A stretch of DNA of 63,175 nt, filler included, from Octopus bimaculoides (GCF_001194135.2; 6 parts of 5 records of this genome joined end to end with filler, not necessarily neighbours in it); one strand, 5' to 3'. Shown: positions 49,204 to 62,567, numbered from the whole stretch's first letter. Made by a program: numbers and translations. The notes: generated by a model from the sequence alone, not told the origin.

Positions 49204-50823
49204 TGAAGGGGTGCTGAAAAGTTCTTGGCTTTAAGTAAAAGAAAATACAAGAGGATTAGTTAACACTTTAAGCACATCTCTGAGTTTAGCCATTAAGTCT
49301 CACCAGCATCTTGTTGTAACTTGCATAGCTTCAGTTGCTTTTTCTTATTACTTATTTTACTTTATTATTATTGATAAGTTTTGATAATGAAACAGGAATA
49401 TATGTTATAAATTTGCAAAATCTAGTTATTATCCTTCATTTCTAAAACATAAATCATGTATAATAATGACTGAGTTCATTAAAATATCAGTTTAAAAAAT
49501 TTTTTTAAATTTATACTGTGTACCAATAGTGGTACACAATGCAGGTTGGGACAGTTACCCGTGTACCGTATATGGTGCATGATGTGGTTAAAGTGTTAAT
49601 TATGATTTTAGTTAACATATTCCCCTCTCAGATTCACACACTTGTTGCAGCAACCCTTCAGTTTTTCTAAGCCCTGTAAAAGAACCCAGAAGGTTGGGCC
49701 TCCAACTAGGCTTCTGTAGCAATAATTACTTCCAAATTGGAGTGAAATTTCATTCCCTTGAGATTTTTCTTCAGTAGTGGAATGAGGTGATAGTCGGAAG
49801 GGGCCCAAGTCAGGAGAGTAAAGTGGGTGGCTTACCAATTTGAAGCCAAAGTCATATTTTCAATAGAGTTTTATGTGCTGTGTGTGCTGGTGCATTGTCC
49901 TACAAAAACAGGACACCATGGCTCAGCTTTCCATGATGTTTCTGCTTCAAAGCTTCATGTGGTTTGTCCATCAGAGACATGTAGTATTCTGCATTGATGG
50001 TGCAACCCTTTGGCAGGTATATTATGAGGAATACTCCATCTTTGTCCCAAAATACCAAAGCCAGAATCTTTTCAGCTGACTTCTGGGCCTGAAATTTCTT
50101 GGGACACAGTGAACCACTGTGATGACATTCTATTGATTGGTACTTGGTGTGGGGATCATAAAAATGGAGCCAAGTTTCATTTGTGGTGACTAAACTAGCC
50201 ATAAAATCAGCCTCTTCCACTGCAAACCAGTTCAAAATAACCACTAGTGTCATCACTCTATTGCACTGCTGAGATGTGTTCAGGTATTTCAGCACCCATT
50301 TTATGGAAAGCTTTCTCATGTCCAGAATATTGTGGTTAATGTGGTCAACTCTTTTGCAGGAAATTCCCAGAGTCTCAGCTGTGACTTTAGCTGAAATCCG
50401 GTGCTCCTCAAGAATTTTGATGTCACAGCATTGGCTTTGTCCTCAGTGGTTGTGGAAGTTGGCTGTCCTGACTGGGGTTCATCTGTGACCTCAAAATGAC
50501 CAGTCTGAAGCCTTGATGCCCAAATTTTCACTGTGGAATAAGATGGGCATCCATCCTTCAAGATTCTTTAAACTCACCATGGATTTCCACTGCTCCTTTG
50601 CCATGCAAAAAGAGGAACTTCATGACTGCCATGCTTCAATTTTACCAAAATCCACTGTAGGAGCTGCAATCATGTGTTAAATCTGCAAAAAAGAGAAAGA
50701 TATATTGTATACTATCATGATTTTTGCAGATCTTCTAAATAGTTGTCCTACCTCCCTTGTAATTGTAACAACTCTACCCTTTCATGATGCCCTTAAAGCC
50801 AGGAACTTTTCAGCACCCACTCA
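49204..50823 (-). mobile_element. Full-length but inactivated mariner transposon
   Basis: TA|TGAAGGGGTGCTGAAAAGTTCTTGGCTTTAAG ... CTTAAAGCCAGGAACTTTTCAGCACCCACTCA|TA. Frameshifted transposase motifs: DEPQSGQP, KWV, VTTNETWLHFYDP, VFWD, INAEYY, HPLYSPDLGP. About 1290 bp after removing the internal MITE. Confidence 0.92.
49264..49595. mobile_element. piggyBac-like MITE nested in the mariner element
   Basis: TTAA|CACTTTAAGCACATC ... GATGTGGTTAAAGTG|TTAA (TIR 14 of 15). Removing it restores the sequence seen in the MITE at 46074-46300. Confidence 0.8.
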
Positions 50824-50994
50824 TAAACCGTGTGTTATGGTATGAAATTGTGAATTGTAGAAATGTGCTATACTGCATGCTTTTGTTAGTATTGACAATA
50901 TAGTTAACATGTTCTGAAATAATATTTTATGGATTTGTTGTTGATTTACAGTCGATGCATCTTTAAATATTGATTTAACTTTTTTGTAAATTAG

Positions 50995-51164
50995 GTTGAC
51001 TCTCTTGTCAAAGATGCCTTGTCAAAAGGTGCCAGAAAGGTTTTTGGAGGTGAAAAACTCCCAATTGGGAAAAATTTTTTTGAACCCACCCTATTATCTG
51101 AAGTAACAACTGATATGCGTTGCGCCAATGAAGAAATTTTTGGACCATTGGCACCTGTAATCAA
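50995..51164 (+). CDS. ALDH5A1: Succinate-semialdehyde dehydrogenase, internal exon
   Basis: ttag|[57 protein letters not shown]|gtaagt, 170 nt. Matches recalled [18 protein letters not shown]....[11 protein letters not shown]. Confidence 0.92.
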
Positions 51165-51399
51165 GTAAGTTGAATAATTTACTACCATCTGTCTGTTCAT
51201 CTTTACCATCTTTCTATCTACCTATTCAACTAATCTATCCATCTAACTCTGTGTTTCTCAACCACTTTTTACCTGTGGACCCTTTAGATTTCTGTTTTAC
51301 TCAGGTGGACCCTCCTAGCCATTTGATGTTTAAAAAAATGATATATTTTTGTAATTAAAAATTATTAGGTATTGTATAAAAGAAATTGTAAAAATATTT

Positions 51400-53285
51400 T
51401 GTGTATTGTAGAAGTATAACCAATTCATTGCAGATAAATTTTAACATGAAAATCTTATATGGATTCCCAAGAACCATAAAGACACTGTTTCCACTGTTGG
51501 TCCCCTGGTTGATGAGAACAGCACTCTACATGATGATGCAAAATCCATGTGCAAGATACTGCAGAGACAATTCTGCTCTGTTTTCAGTAATGCTAATGCA
51601 GTTGATTTGGCTAGTATCAGTGATGCAAACCCTCAACTAACCATATCTGACATAACTTTTGGTGCTCCTGATATCCTAACAGAAATTAATAAGATCAAGC
51701 ACAACTTGGCAGTAGGTCCTGATAAGTTCCCAGCCACTGTCCTGAAGATGTGTCGGCATCAAATTGCACCCCCTCTTGCTGAGCTCTGGAGAAACTCACT
51801 TGATGCTGGCTACATTCCCGATTATTCTCTTTCCCAGTCTGTCGTTCCAGTCTTCAAAAAGGGAAATAAATCTCTTACAGTGAACTACCATCCCATATCA
51901 CTCACCTCTCATATCATTAAAGTATTTGAGAGGGTGATGAGATCGTGAATAACTCACTTCCTCGAAGACAACAATCTGCTGAGTCCCAACCAGCATGGTT
52001 TCTATGATGGCAGGGACTGCCTGTTGCAGCTTCTGTACCATTTTGATGACATTTTAAAAGCTTTGGGAGAAGGCTCCAACACTGATGTCATATACCTTGA
52101 TTTCAGCAAGGCATTTGACTGAGTGGACCGCAAAATCCTGCTGAAGAAACTGTCCAACATTGGAGTCCATGGAAAGCTGCTGCAGTGGATAAAGTGTTTC
52201 CTGATGAACAAAATCCAACATGTTGTGTTTGAGCGAATACGATCCAGCTCAGCCAATGTCAGTAGTGGTGTCCCTTAAGGTACGGTGTTGGGCCCACTTC
52301 TCTTCATTATCTACATCAATGACATAGTAGATGTCATCAGACATTCTACATTGAAAATCTTTGCAGATGATTCCAAACTCCAGAAAGCCATAAATGGTAT
52401 GGGAGACCGAACATACCTTCAGTCAGATCTGTTTGCTGTTGTCCAAAGAGCAGAAAAAAACAATATGCTTCTAAATGAAGATAAGTTTGATTTGATCTAC
52501 TTTGGAAAAGAGGATACTCTGAAATTACCGTATGCTTTTCCCTCAGATGACTCCCTAGTGTCATCCATCAACACCAGAAACCTTGGAGTAATTGTTGATA
52601 ACATTCTAAGCTGGAGTTCCCATGTATACAGTAAGGCTTACTTGGTCCGCAAGATGTGCTCTTGGATTCTTAGAATTTTCTGGTCTAGAGATGCCTACAC
52701 CATCATCCTTCTCTACCCTACTTTTGCCTGACCCCACCTTGAATAGTGTTGCCCACTGTGGTCTCTCCATAGAAAGAAACTCATTATGAAAGTGGAAGCA
52801 CTCCAGAGGGCAACAACAAGAAAGATAGACAGCATGAGAGCCATTGACTATTGGGATCAATTAAAGAAACTCAATCTCTACTCTCTCTAACACCACCGGG
52901 AGTGCTATATCATTTGTGTAATGTGGAAAATATTCCGTCAATATTGCACAAATGATGTTGGCATCAATTTTAAAATCCATCCAAAACTTGGCCCCCATGC
53001 TATCCACATCCACCCACTACAAAAATCAAACTCAGGACACATAACAACATTATGTCACAACTACTTTACCTCAACCGGTCCAGCTCTCTTTAATGCCATA
53101 ACAAAATATGTCAAAACGGAAATAGATCTCATAAAATTCAAAAGTTCACTGGACAAATTTCTTCAAAAAATCCCAGACCAAATGCCTACATCTGGATATG
53201 TCTCCAACAATAATAACTCTTTGCTAGAGTGGGCCATGGTGCCCTATATATGACTAAAAGACTTTACCAGGTGGTGCTATATAAG
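51400..53285 (+). mobile_element. 5'-truncated CR1/L2-like LINE RT pseudogene in the ALDH5A1 intron
   Basis: GPDKFP, NYHPISLTS, NQHGF, YLDFSKAFD, SGVP*GTVLGPLLFIIYIND and FADDSK motifs, with several stops and frameshifts. The 5' boundary is approximate. Confidence 0.9.
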
Positions 53286-54474
53286 TTTGCATGTATGTTT
53301 AATGGAAGTGATGAATGGTTGCATAGGCACACATTAAAAAGAGTGGGGAGAACATGGATAGTTGTAACAAACTATTTAAGAAATCGCAAATTCTAAATGT
53401 GTTGGTGTATATTATGTAAACTTGCTAATATAAGAGATCATTTGCTAGCCTGTTCATGTGTTTTCTTAAGAAGGTTTTTGGTATTTAGTATATAAATGAG
53501 TAGCAGGGAATAGAGTTAAAATCCTTGCTGGTGTAAGCAGTAATATGTATGGTTTATGAGTGTGTGCGTGCGTGCAGTGGAATTGCTTGAAGACATGTAT
53601 AGTTTATGTAAGATCTTGAGTAGTGTGGTTGCTGTTGATCTGATCATGCAGGTCTATGATCAAAAGTGTTCAAATTATGACAAATTCTTCTTTTTTGCAT
53701 TGACAGTGTACATCCAGTCTCCCATTATCCAACGTATTCTTTATCTTTCAAGATAGATATGATTTAAAAGAAATATAGCTGCTGTTTCTTGCTGGTTGTC
53801 TCAGTGGTTTGTAATGTGTTAGTTAGTTATAGCCAATGTCTTGTGGATGGGTATATAACTTAATGGAATAAAGCGTTAATGAGTTTGGTGGTGGTAGTAT
53901 GTATATTCGTACTATGTTGTTGATGTCTCTTTTTGAATGCAAGGCATCTTCATTTACATATGATAAATGAGGGAAATATCGACTATAAAAATAAATGACG
54001 TGGAGTGCATGGATTATTAGGGTAATCTTGAATCATTCTGGTAGTTTTCATTACCTTGACACAATAAACACTACATAATTTTTTACAATGTGTAAAATAC
54101 ATCATCAACATTATCAAATTGATGGAAGTATTCAGTTTGAAAATGACACCACCACATCTTAATGCAAAGCATCTTATATCAAACTTTTCCATTTCAAATT
54201 GTCCTGTTTTGATAATGTAAAACATTATTACGCAGAGCATCAAGGAACTAAAAGATTACATTTAAATTTTATCTGGTAGATTCCTATGAACAAATATCAA
54301 ACTACCTATGTGTGGACGATTCTACTAACAGTAAGTCTTTATTTAAATGGGAAATGACAGTAACATTTCATGTTCAATAACACTACTAAACTAGATATGA
54401 TAAACACTACTAAACTACTAAACTAGATATGATGCAAGCTCCTTCCAGCTGAAATATATCTGAAATATGTTTAA

Positions 54475-54697
54475 CCCTTTGATGTTCAGGTTACTCTATT
54501 AAATGTAATGCTTTTTCACTCAAATTGTCTTGACTTAATCACGCATTATCTCATAGCTTTGAGGCTTCAATGATGCGATTATTTATTTTTAGAATGTCAA
54601 TGTAGGTTAGGTGTGAGAGGCTAGATGATATGGCTAGTTCAAATATAAAACATGTAGAATATTTGGGCCAGATATGGCCGGTTTAAACACTAAAGGG
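54475..54697. mobile_element. piggyBac-like MITE
   Basis: TTAA|CCCTTT ... AAAGGG|TTAA. Homolog at 4691-4910. Confidence 0.75.
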
Positions 54698-55093
54698 TTA
54701 AAGGTGACTTGCTTGCACTTACCTGAGTTAGAACTGTGTTAACTTGCACATTGAATGGCAAGCAATTATGAAAAGTACATGAAATAATTTAAACAAAGTT
54801 TCTAAATTTATTTCAAAAACCAAACTTATTAGTTTCTTTTTGAATTCTCAGAGCTCAAAATGGTATGTCTCTGGATTCTATAGAAAGCAAATGTCAGATG
54901 TTCCGCTTTATCGTAGTTAATCAAAAGGTTTGGAAAATTAACAAGGTGAATAGAGCATTTAGAATTAAGTATCTTCCTGACTGTGAACTCCTGGTCCAGG
55001 TAACAGACTTAGATAAAAATGAGGTTGTGTAAATAAAGGTCTAAAAAATGAGAAAACAATAAGAAAAATATTTTCATATTTTGATAATTGCAG

Positions 55094-55152
55094 ATTTGAA
55101 ACAGAAGATGAAGCAGTCACTCTTGCTAATGCAACATCATATGGACTCGCTG
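55094..55152 (+). CDS. ALDH5A1: Succinate-semialdehyde dehydrogenase, next exon (59 nt)
   Basis: ttgcag|(A)FETEDEAVTLANATSYGLA(G)|gtaagt. The phase completes the AA|A lysine codon of the previous exon. Matches recalled [20 protein letters not shown]. Confidence 0.9.
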
Positions 55153-55733
55153 GTAAGTATCTATGTTAAAGAGCAGAGTTTTCTATCTTTCATTCCTAAT
55201 TAATTGACTCAAAAATGTCATTCCCATTCATTCATTCAGCCCAACAGATCTGGTTCAAAATTCTTCTTTTGTCAGTACTAGTGCTACCTGATGTACAAGG
55301 TGTGTCAGGTATAACGTTGATGAAACTTCTCCAGTTGCTTGATATGATGCTTGTAGGTTGTCTATGTTTCATACTCAAATACCAGGAATGTAAGAACACA
55401 GGCTCAATTTTTGAGTTTCCTCAAAACAGCACTAACTTTTGCAGTTGTATGATTTGTTTTGGCACCAAGGGTACCAACTCTATTAAGTGTACTTCCAAGA
55501 TACACAATGTTGTCCACTGCTTTATGTCTTTTACCTCCCATGAAGATGTCAGGCTCCACATATGCTTCCCTGACTTCTTCATATGAATATTGAATCCAAA
55601 TGCAGGGAAGAACAGAGTAGGTGCTATTATGTCACTCTGTTTGACACTGCTTTCTGCTGAAATTGGTCCTGAAAGTGTCCTATTGAGAAGCCCATTGAGG
55701 AGGACACATATATATATGTGCGCATGCACACAT

Positions 55734-55772
<39 letters not shown>

Positions 55773-56210
55773 TATATACATATGTTTTAACATTAATCAA
55801 AGGACATACTAAGTATGTCTACCTGCCGGAAATAACAGTCAAAACTCTTATTTAAATCACCAAAAAAAACTGATGATAAATTACAGAAATGAACCGTTTG
55901 CGGACAGACGGGCTAGGACAATCTCTCAACATACATTCAAATAGTTGGACTCATGTGGATCGGTTTCTAGACTGGCATTATAGCCTCATCTTCCTCAGCA
56001 CGCGTTACCATGATGGAAAGCCACGACCTGTCACGTTGGAGTCTGTGCTGCAACTGATTGGTTTTGCGCCAAAACATGGCACCCACCAGTGTGAAAATAA
56101 TTTCAATGCAGAGCAAATAATCCAGGAGAAAATATTTGCAAAGATATTATTGACTATTATTATCTAGGGTAACAATTAAAGACGATAATAACAGAATCAA
56201 TGATATAGGC

Positions 56211-56512
56211 CAGTGGTTCCCAAATCTTTTTGGGCTGCCACCTCCTTGACACCCAGGCCACATTCCTAGCGCCCCCACCCCAACTAACCATCACAATCTG
56301 AATCTGAAGCAGATTCAAAGCAACTGTTTTTCACAAATAAAACTTAACCTTATGAACCTATTATTTTGTTTTTATATGAATCGCCACCCCATTATAGCCC
56401 CAATTTTTGCATGAATCGCTACTCCATTATCACCCCACTTTTCTTCAACACTCTCTTGAAAATTCCCCCCACCCCTAGGGGGATGCATTATCACCCACTT
56501 TGGGAACCACTG
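56211..56512. mobile_element. hAT/Charlie-type MITE
   Basis: TIRs CAGTGGTTCCCAAA / TTTGGGAACCACTG with a perfect 8-bp TSD ATATAGGC. Confidence 0.9.
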
Positions 56513-56814
56513 ATATAGGCGATTGCAGGCCCAAAAAGCATCAAATAGCTGAAGGATTAAAATTAATCAAAAGACATACTAAGTATGTCTACCTGCTGGA
56601 AATAACAGTCAAAACTCTTATTTAAATTGCCAAAAAAACTGATGATAAATTACAGCAATGCAGACTTCAATGCTTTTTCGGCCTGCAATCACCTATACTA
56701 TTGATTCTGTTATTATCATTTTTAATTGTTACACTAGATAATAATAGAGTCAATAATATCTTTGCAAATATTTTCTCTCGAATTATTTGCTCCGTATTGA
56801 AGTTATATACATCA

Positions 56815-57124
56815 TCATCATCGTTTAACGTCCGCTTTCCATGCTAGCATGGGTTGGACGATTTGACTGAGGACTGGTGAAACCGGATGGCAACACCAGG
56901 CTCCAGTCTGATTTGGCAGAGTTTCTACAGCTGGATGCCCTTCCTAACGCCAACCACTCAGAGAGTGTAGTGGGTGCTTTTACGTGTCACCCGCACGAAA
57001 ACGGCCACGCTCGAAATGGTGTCTTTTATGTGCCACCCGCACAAGCCAGTCCAGGGGCACTGGCAACGATCTCGCTCGAAAATCCTACAGGAGCCAGTCA
57101 GGCGGTACTGGCAACGGCCACGCT
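56815..57124 (-). mobile_element. SINE-like repeat with (GAT)n tail and internal tandem units
   Basis: catcatcatcgtttaacgtccgctttccatgctagcatgggttggacg...ctggatgcccttcctaacgcc. Related copy near 45455-45720. Confidence 0.5.
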
Positions 57125-57224
57125 NNNNNNNNNNNNNNNNNNNNNNNNNNNNNNNNNNNNNNNNNNNNTTAATTAATTAANNNNNNNNNNNNNNNNNNNN
57201 NNNNNNNNNNNNNNNNNNNNNNNN
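57125..57224. other. Artificial scaffold-join spacer
   Basis: N44-TTAATTAATTAA-N44. Confidence 0.9.
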
Positions 57225-57290
<66 letters not shown>

Positions 57291-57916
57291 AAGCCTGCCA
57301 GAGAAAGAATGAGAAAGTATGAAGACAGAGGGAGAATGGCAGACAGAAAGACAGACACACATGCAGTCAGGCAGACAGAGATGGGGTGGGGCAATGATTA
57401 AGATGTCAAAATCTATTGTGTGACATTGAAAAAGAAAACGTGTGCCCGAAAGGACAAGCAAATAATTTATTGTGCTTTTCCACCTGGTTAAACTTTTGAT
57501 ATTACGTCATTCATTTGCTGTGTCATTCTGTCACACGTCAATTTCTCACTTTCTTCCTTTCTGTCTATGTTTTTTTATCAGTCATTGTGTCTGAGATGAA
57601 TGGTTTCTGTTTAATTGTGCCTTGCTCGGTAACACGGAGAACATACATGCATATAAATATCTGCATTATATATATATATATATATATNNNNNNNNNNNNN
57701 NNNNNNNNNNNNNNNNNNNNNNNNNNNNNNNNNNNNNNNNNNNNNNNNNNNNNNNNNNNNNNNNNNNNNNNNNNNNNNNNNNNNNNNNNNNNNNNNNNNN
57801 NNNNNNNNNNNNNNNNNNNNNNNNNNNNNTATATATATACATTGGTGCCTTTTTGTACCACTATTTTATATATATATATATGTACATACATATATGTATG
57901 TGTATATGTATATATG

Positions 57917-58270
57917 TTGACAGTTTTTGACAGACCATGCTTTTCTTTTGCTGGGCTGAAATCCCTTTGGCGAACCCATGGAAAACGAACCTCCACCAAC
58001 TATTCTCCCTATATGTCTGTGCACATCTTTGAATGCAGTATATGCCAAAAGGTTTGTAAATCTAACAGAGGCCTCAAAAGAAATTTTAAGATCTACAAAG
58101 ATCAGAAGTTATCTGCAGCTCTTGGTGGTCCAAATCGGATGTCCAGTCCAAGTGGGTGTCTTTTCAGAACATTGTCTGGTTTAAAAAGCCACATCAGATA
58201 CCATGATGGTTCTAAGGTGTAGGTACAGCAGATGGTCAACTTCTGCATAAGGAATAGACAACCACCACAC
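57917..58270 (+). mobile_element. Second copy of the C2H2-encoding repeat (probable RTE 3' end)
   Basis: FDRPCFSFAGLKSLWRTH...CSICQKVCKSNRGLKRNFKIY...LFRTLSGLKSHIRYH. Collinear with 46670-47035, including the 3' non-coding part. Confidence 0.6.
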
Positions 58271-58407
58271 CATGTTGTTAGTTGTATATAAATAAATATA
58301 TGTGTGTGTGTGTTTATATATGAATGTGTGTGTGTTTATATATATATATTTCTTTATTGCCTAGAGAGTCTAAACACAGAGGAGACAAAGAAGCACAGAC
58401 AAAGGAA

Positions 58408-58552
58408 TTAAGTCGATTATATCGACCCCAGTGCGTAACTAAAACTTGTTAATCGACGCTGAAAGGATGAAAGTGAAAGTCGACCTCGGCGCAATGTGAA
58501 CTCAGAACGTAATGGCAGACGAAATACCGCTAAGCAGTTCGCCCGGCGTGCT
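58408..58552 (-). mobile_element. SINE-like repeat (family C)
   Basis: Inverted homolog of 22966-23133. Confidence 0.55.
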
Positions 58553-59687
58553 ATACAAGTTTATCGTTGAGTAGTGTACTGAATAGCATTTTAGAGATTA
58601 ACAGCATTTTTAATCGATTAAGTTTCTTGCTATCCTGTGCAACCAAAAGCCAAACTCAGAGTAGCAATGGACTACTAATTCGACATGTATGTATGCATTT
58701 ATGTATGTATCAAGCATATGTCATCAGTAATTACACAGGGCCGGCAGTGTGTCACCATTATGTAGTAAAAAAAACACGCAAAAAATAATCGAAACACAGC
58801 CGCGCGATTGAGTTGCCGGCAGCTTTACTTCTGCCTTTGTAGCACGTAAAGAAAACGTTGTTGTAGGAATGTACACAACACTTGTACTACAGCAGTACTA
58901 TGCATAGCTTTAATACTGAGATTGAAAGGCAGGGACGAATTATGCCTACCTAATCTACAAAAAAATAAAATAACCTTCATGATTTTATTGAATTAGGTGC
59001 ATATTTTGCCAAAACGAAAATCTTGCTAACGATCTTTTTTATCCAAGGTAGTCGATGCCTAACTTGCCTACCTAGGCGGCACGTCCCTAGTATGTATGTA
59101 TGTAAGCATGTATGTATATATGAATGTATGTATGTATGTATATATGAATGTATGTATGTATGTATGTATGTATGTATGTATGTATGCTTGCGTGTGTATG
59201 TATGCATGTATCTGTCAGCACGGATGCATGTTTCTCAACATAACCACCTGGACTGGTGGAAGTGAGGGCAAGTGTTTGGGGTGTGGGAGTGCGAGATAGA
59301 AGTATCCTGAAACCAAAACCCAAGTGCTAATACTTGTCAAAGAGTGGATCTACCATTGGGTGGTGCTCGTATTAAACTGGGTGACAGCTTAAAGTTATCA
59401 CCCAAATAGACCGTAGTAGGATTTGATCTCAGAACGCAGAGTTGTGGAACAAATACTCGAAGCTTTTTGTTCGATGGGTTAAAAGAATGCTAATTCACTG
59501 TATTGTCTTTATATGTGTATTTATGTGTGTATGTATTTACATATGTACAGTTCGGCAAAAGAGACCGATGGCATAAGTCCTAGGCTTACAAAGAATAAAT
59601 CCTGAGGTCGATCTGTTCGACTAAAGGCGGTGGTCCAGCATGGCCGCAGTCAAATGAATGAAACAAGTAAAAGATTAAAAGAATACG

Positions 59688-60071
59688 TTGCTGTTGGCAC
59701 TCCGTCACTTTCGACGTCGAGGGTTCCGGTTGATCCGATCAACTGAACAGCCTGCTCTTGAAATTAACGTGCAAGTGGCTGAGCACTCCACAGACACGTG
59801 TGCCTTTAACGTAGTTCTCGGGGATATTCAGCGTGACACAGTGTGACAAGGCTGGCTCTTCGAATTACAGGCACAACAGAAACTGGAAGTAAGAGTGAGA
59901 GAAAGTTGTGGTGAAAGAGTAGAGCAGGGTTCGCCACCATTCCCTGCCGGAGCCTCGTGGAGCTTTAGGTGTTTTCGCTCAATAAACACTCACAACGCCC
60001 GGTCTGGGAATCGAAACCGCGATCCTATGACCGCGAGTCCGCTGCCCTAACCACCGGGCCATTGCGCCTCC
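59688..60071 (-). mobile_element. SINE family B, complete, tail-to-tail with a family A 3' fragment
   Basis: Reverse complement aligns end to end with 29082-29505. Confidence 0.85.
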
Positions 60072-60104
60072 GCAAAAAGAAAACAAGAATACATACATAC
60101 ACAC

Positions 60105-60135
<31 letters not shown>

Positions 60136-61224
60136 CATACATACATACATACATGCATACATACACATATTGCAGCTATAGATTTTCAGGCCGCGCATTG
60201 TATTCTTCAGAAAGACACTTTATTTCACGTTTTTTCCAGTCCAATCAGCTGGCAAAAGTGAGTAGTACCTGTAATTCAACGGGCCAGCATTGTCATATTC
60301 AGTGTCTTACTGAATCTTCCTGAGAACTATGTTAAAGGTACGCGTGTATGTGGAGTTCACAGCCATTTGCTCGTTAATTTCATGAGCAGGCTATTCAGTT
60401 GATAGGACCAAATGGGACTCTTATCGTTATATCTGACGGAGTGCCACTTAACGTATTAAGTATCACACAATTTTTCACAGATTGCCGATAATATCAAAAT
60501 CTTTTAGTTACGATCATTTTTCATTTATATATTTTATGAATACATTTTGCTTTTAGTGGATCTGCATTTCTGAACGAATCAACAACCGTATAGCAATGGA
60601 GCATAACTTAATAGTGCAGAAAGGATAAACTGCAAGGTGGATCTCAGCAGAATATGGAAGCAACAAAGTGCTATAACGCATTTAAAATGTTGGTAGTCAA
60701 CGGTTTGTGCAAATTTCGTTGCATATCATTTTGCTAATAACATTAAACAACCTGTGAAAGGTTCTTCAACATTAAACACCACAATTACAACAAAACAGTG
60801 TTTTATTTTTATTTATAACGACTTGGAATATTTAAAATAATGGACGAAATATTAGACGCAGTGTCGTATTTTAGGCACTTTATTGCCTCGGAGAGTGAAA
60901 GCTGAAAGCCTCTAAACACCACTTGAAGAGAACCCACAAGGAACCTTCGTAACGATATACGGCATGTCATTATGATTAGGTTAATGTTAAGAATCGTTTT
61001 TATTATTGTTTTTTTTTTNNNNNNNNNNNNNNNNNNNNNNNNNNNNNNNNNNNNNNNNNNNNNNNNNNNNNNNNNNNNNNNNNNNNNNNNNNNNNNNNNN
61101 NNNNNNNNNNNNNNNNNNCAAAACATAAGAAAAATATACTCAAAATATAAATATGTATATATAGTTGTGTGTGTGTGTGCATGTGCGTGTTTTTGCATGC
61201 ATGAGTACACACACACACACACAC

Positions 61225-61280
<56 letters not shown>

Positions 61281-61449
61281 GCAGGAGTGGCTGTGTGGGA
61301 AGAAGCTTGCTTCCTAACCACATGATTCCAAGATCAGTCCCACTCTGTCCTTCCTTGGGCAAGTGTCCTCTACTATAGCCTCAGGCCAACGAAAGCCTTG
61401 TGAGTGGATTTGGTAGACGGAAACTGAAAGAAGCCCGTCGTATATATAC

Positions 61450-61483
<34 letters not shown>

Positions 61484-61675
61484 ATGTTCCCCCACTATCG
61501 CTTAACAACGGATTCTGGTGTGTTTACGTCCCCGTAACATAGCGGTTCGGTAGAAGAGAACGAATGAATAAGTACTAGGCTTACACAGAATAAGTCCTAG
61601 TGTCGATTTGTTCGATTAAAGGCGGTGCTCCAGTATGGCCGCAGTTAAATGACTGAAACAAGTAAAAAAAAAAGT
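61281..61675 (+). mobile_element. SINE family A, complete
   Basis: Head gcaggagtggctgtgtgg.aagaagcttgcttcc, CORE-like ccttgggcaagtgtc, central (TG)n, and tail aaggcggtgctccagtatggccgcagt...ctgaaacaagtaaaa. Confidence 0.85.
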
Positions 61676-62523
61676 AGAATTTACGCTTTCCAGCCTTTGA
61701 GTCAACTTTTTTCTCTAAGAGTACAACAGACTGCTTATGTTTGTGTCTGTATACAGGAGACAGACTTTCACTTTAGTTTAACTTATTATAGATATATATA
61801 TATTTACTCTTGTGGAAATATTCGAATATCGAAAGTATTTCAGTATAAGGTCGATGTTGGCTTATTAGCTACATTTGAAACATATATTTTCTATATAGGC
61901 AATATAGATTTTATACTTGACATACATAACATAAGTAATGTATCCTATATCGAGAAAATATCCGATATCAAATATATTGGTCCTGTTATTTACGTGGTAT
62001 AATTTATCGATATTGGCTATATTATCTAATGCTAAATATATTGGTCAATATTAAATATATTTGTATTAACGGTATTGTTTATACTCAATATTATAGCTTT
62101 ATCTGTTCAGTTGGTGATATTCAGTATGGTTCAATTTTATTGTCTCCCTTAGTTATATCAGTTATGTTCCACAGCTTGGTTATAAATGTAAGAGAAAGTT
62201 TTATATTTTAGGTTCGCCATTGTTTTGTTGTTGAATTGTATGAAGCTCAGCTAGACACGTCTTCCAATTAACATGGATTAAACAAATCTGAATAAATAAA
62301 AATTACAAAAACAAAATATAGATTGTCAGCACGATTTCAACGCAATTCATCCAAAGTATTGATTTTGTTGTTTTTTATTGATTTTAGGCGCTAATAAACC
62401 CGAGTAAGGCCGGAAAAGTCCAAACAGACCTGATAGTTATTTACATTAAGTATATCAGTTATAATGCCTATGTTGAAATGTTTGGTTATTCCGCTTATAC
62501 ATGCTTGCTTTATTGACCATTCA

Positions 62524-62567
<44 letters not shown>

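Noticed and set aside
55215-55586. Final ALDH5A1 exon (the ORF contains QQIW)
   Set aside because: The similarity is limited to three residues. There is no EVGMVGVN or PFGGVK motif.
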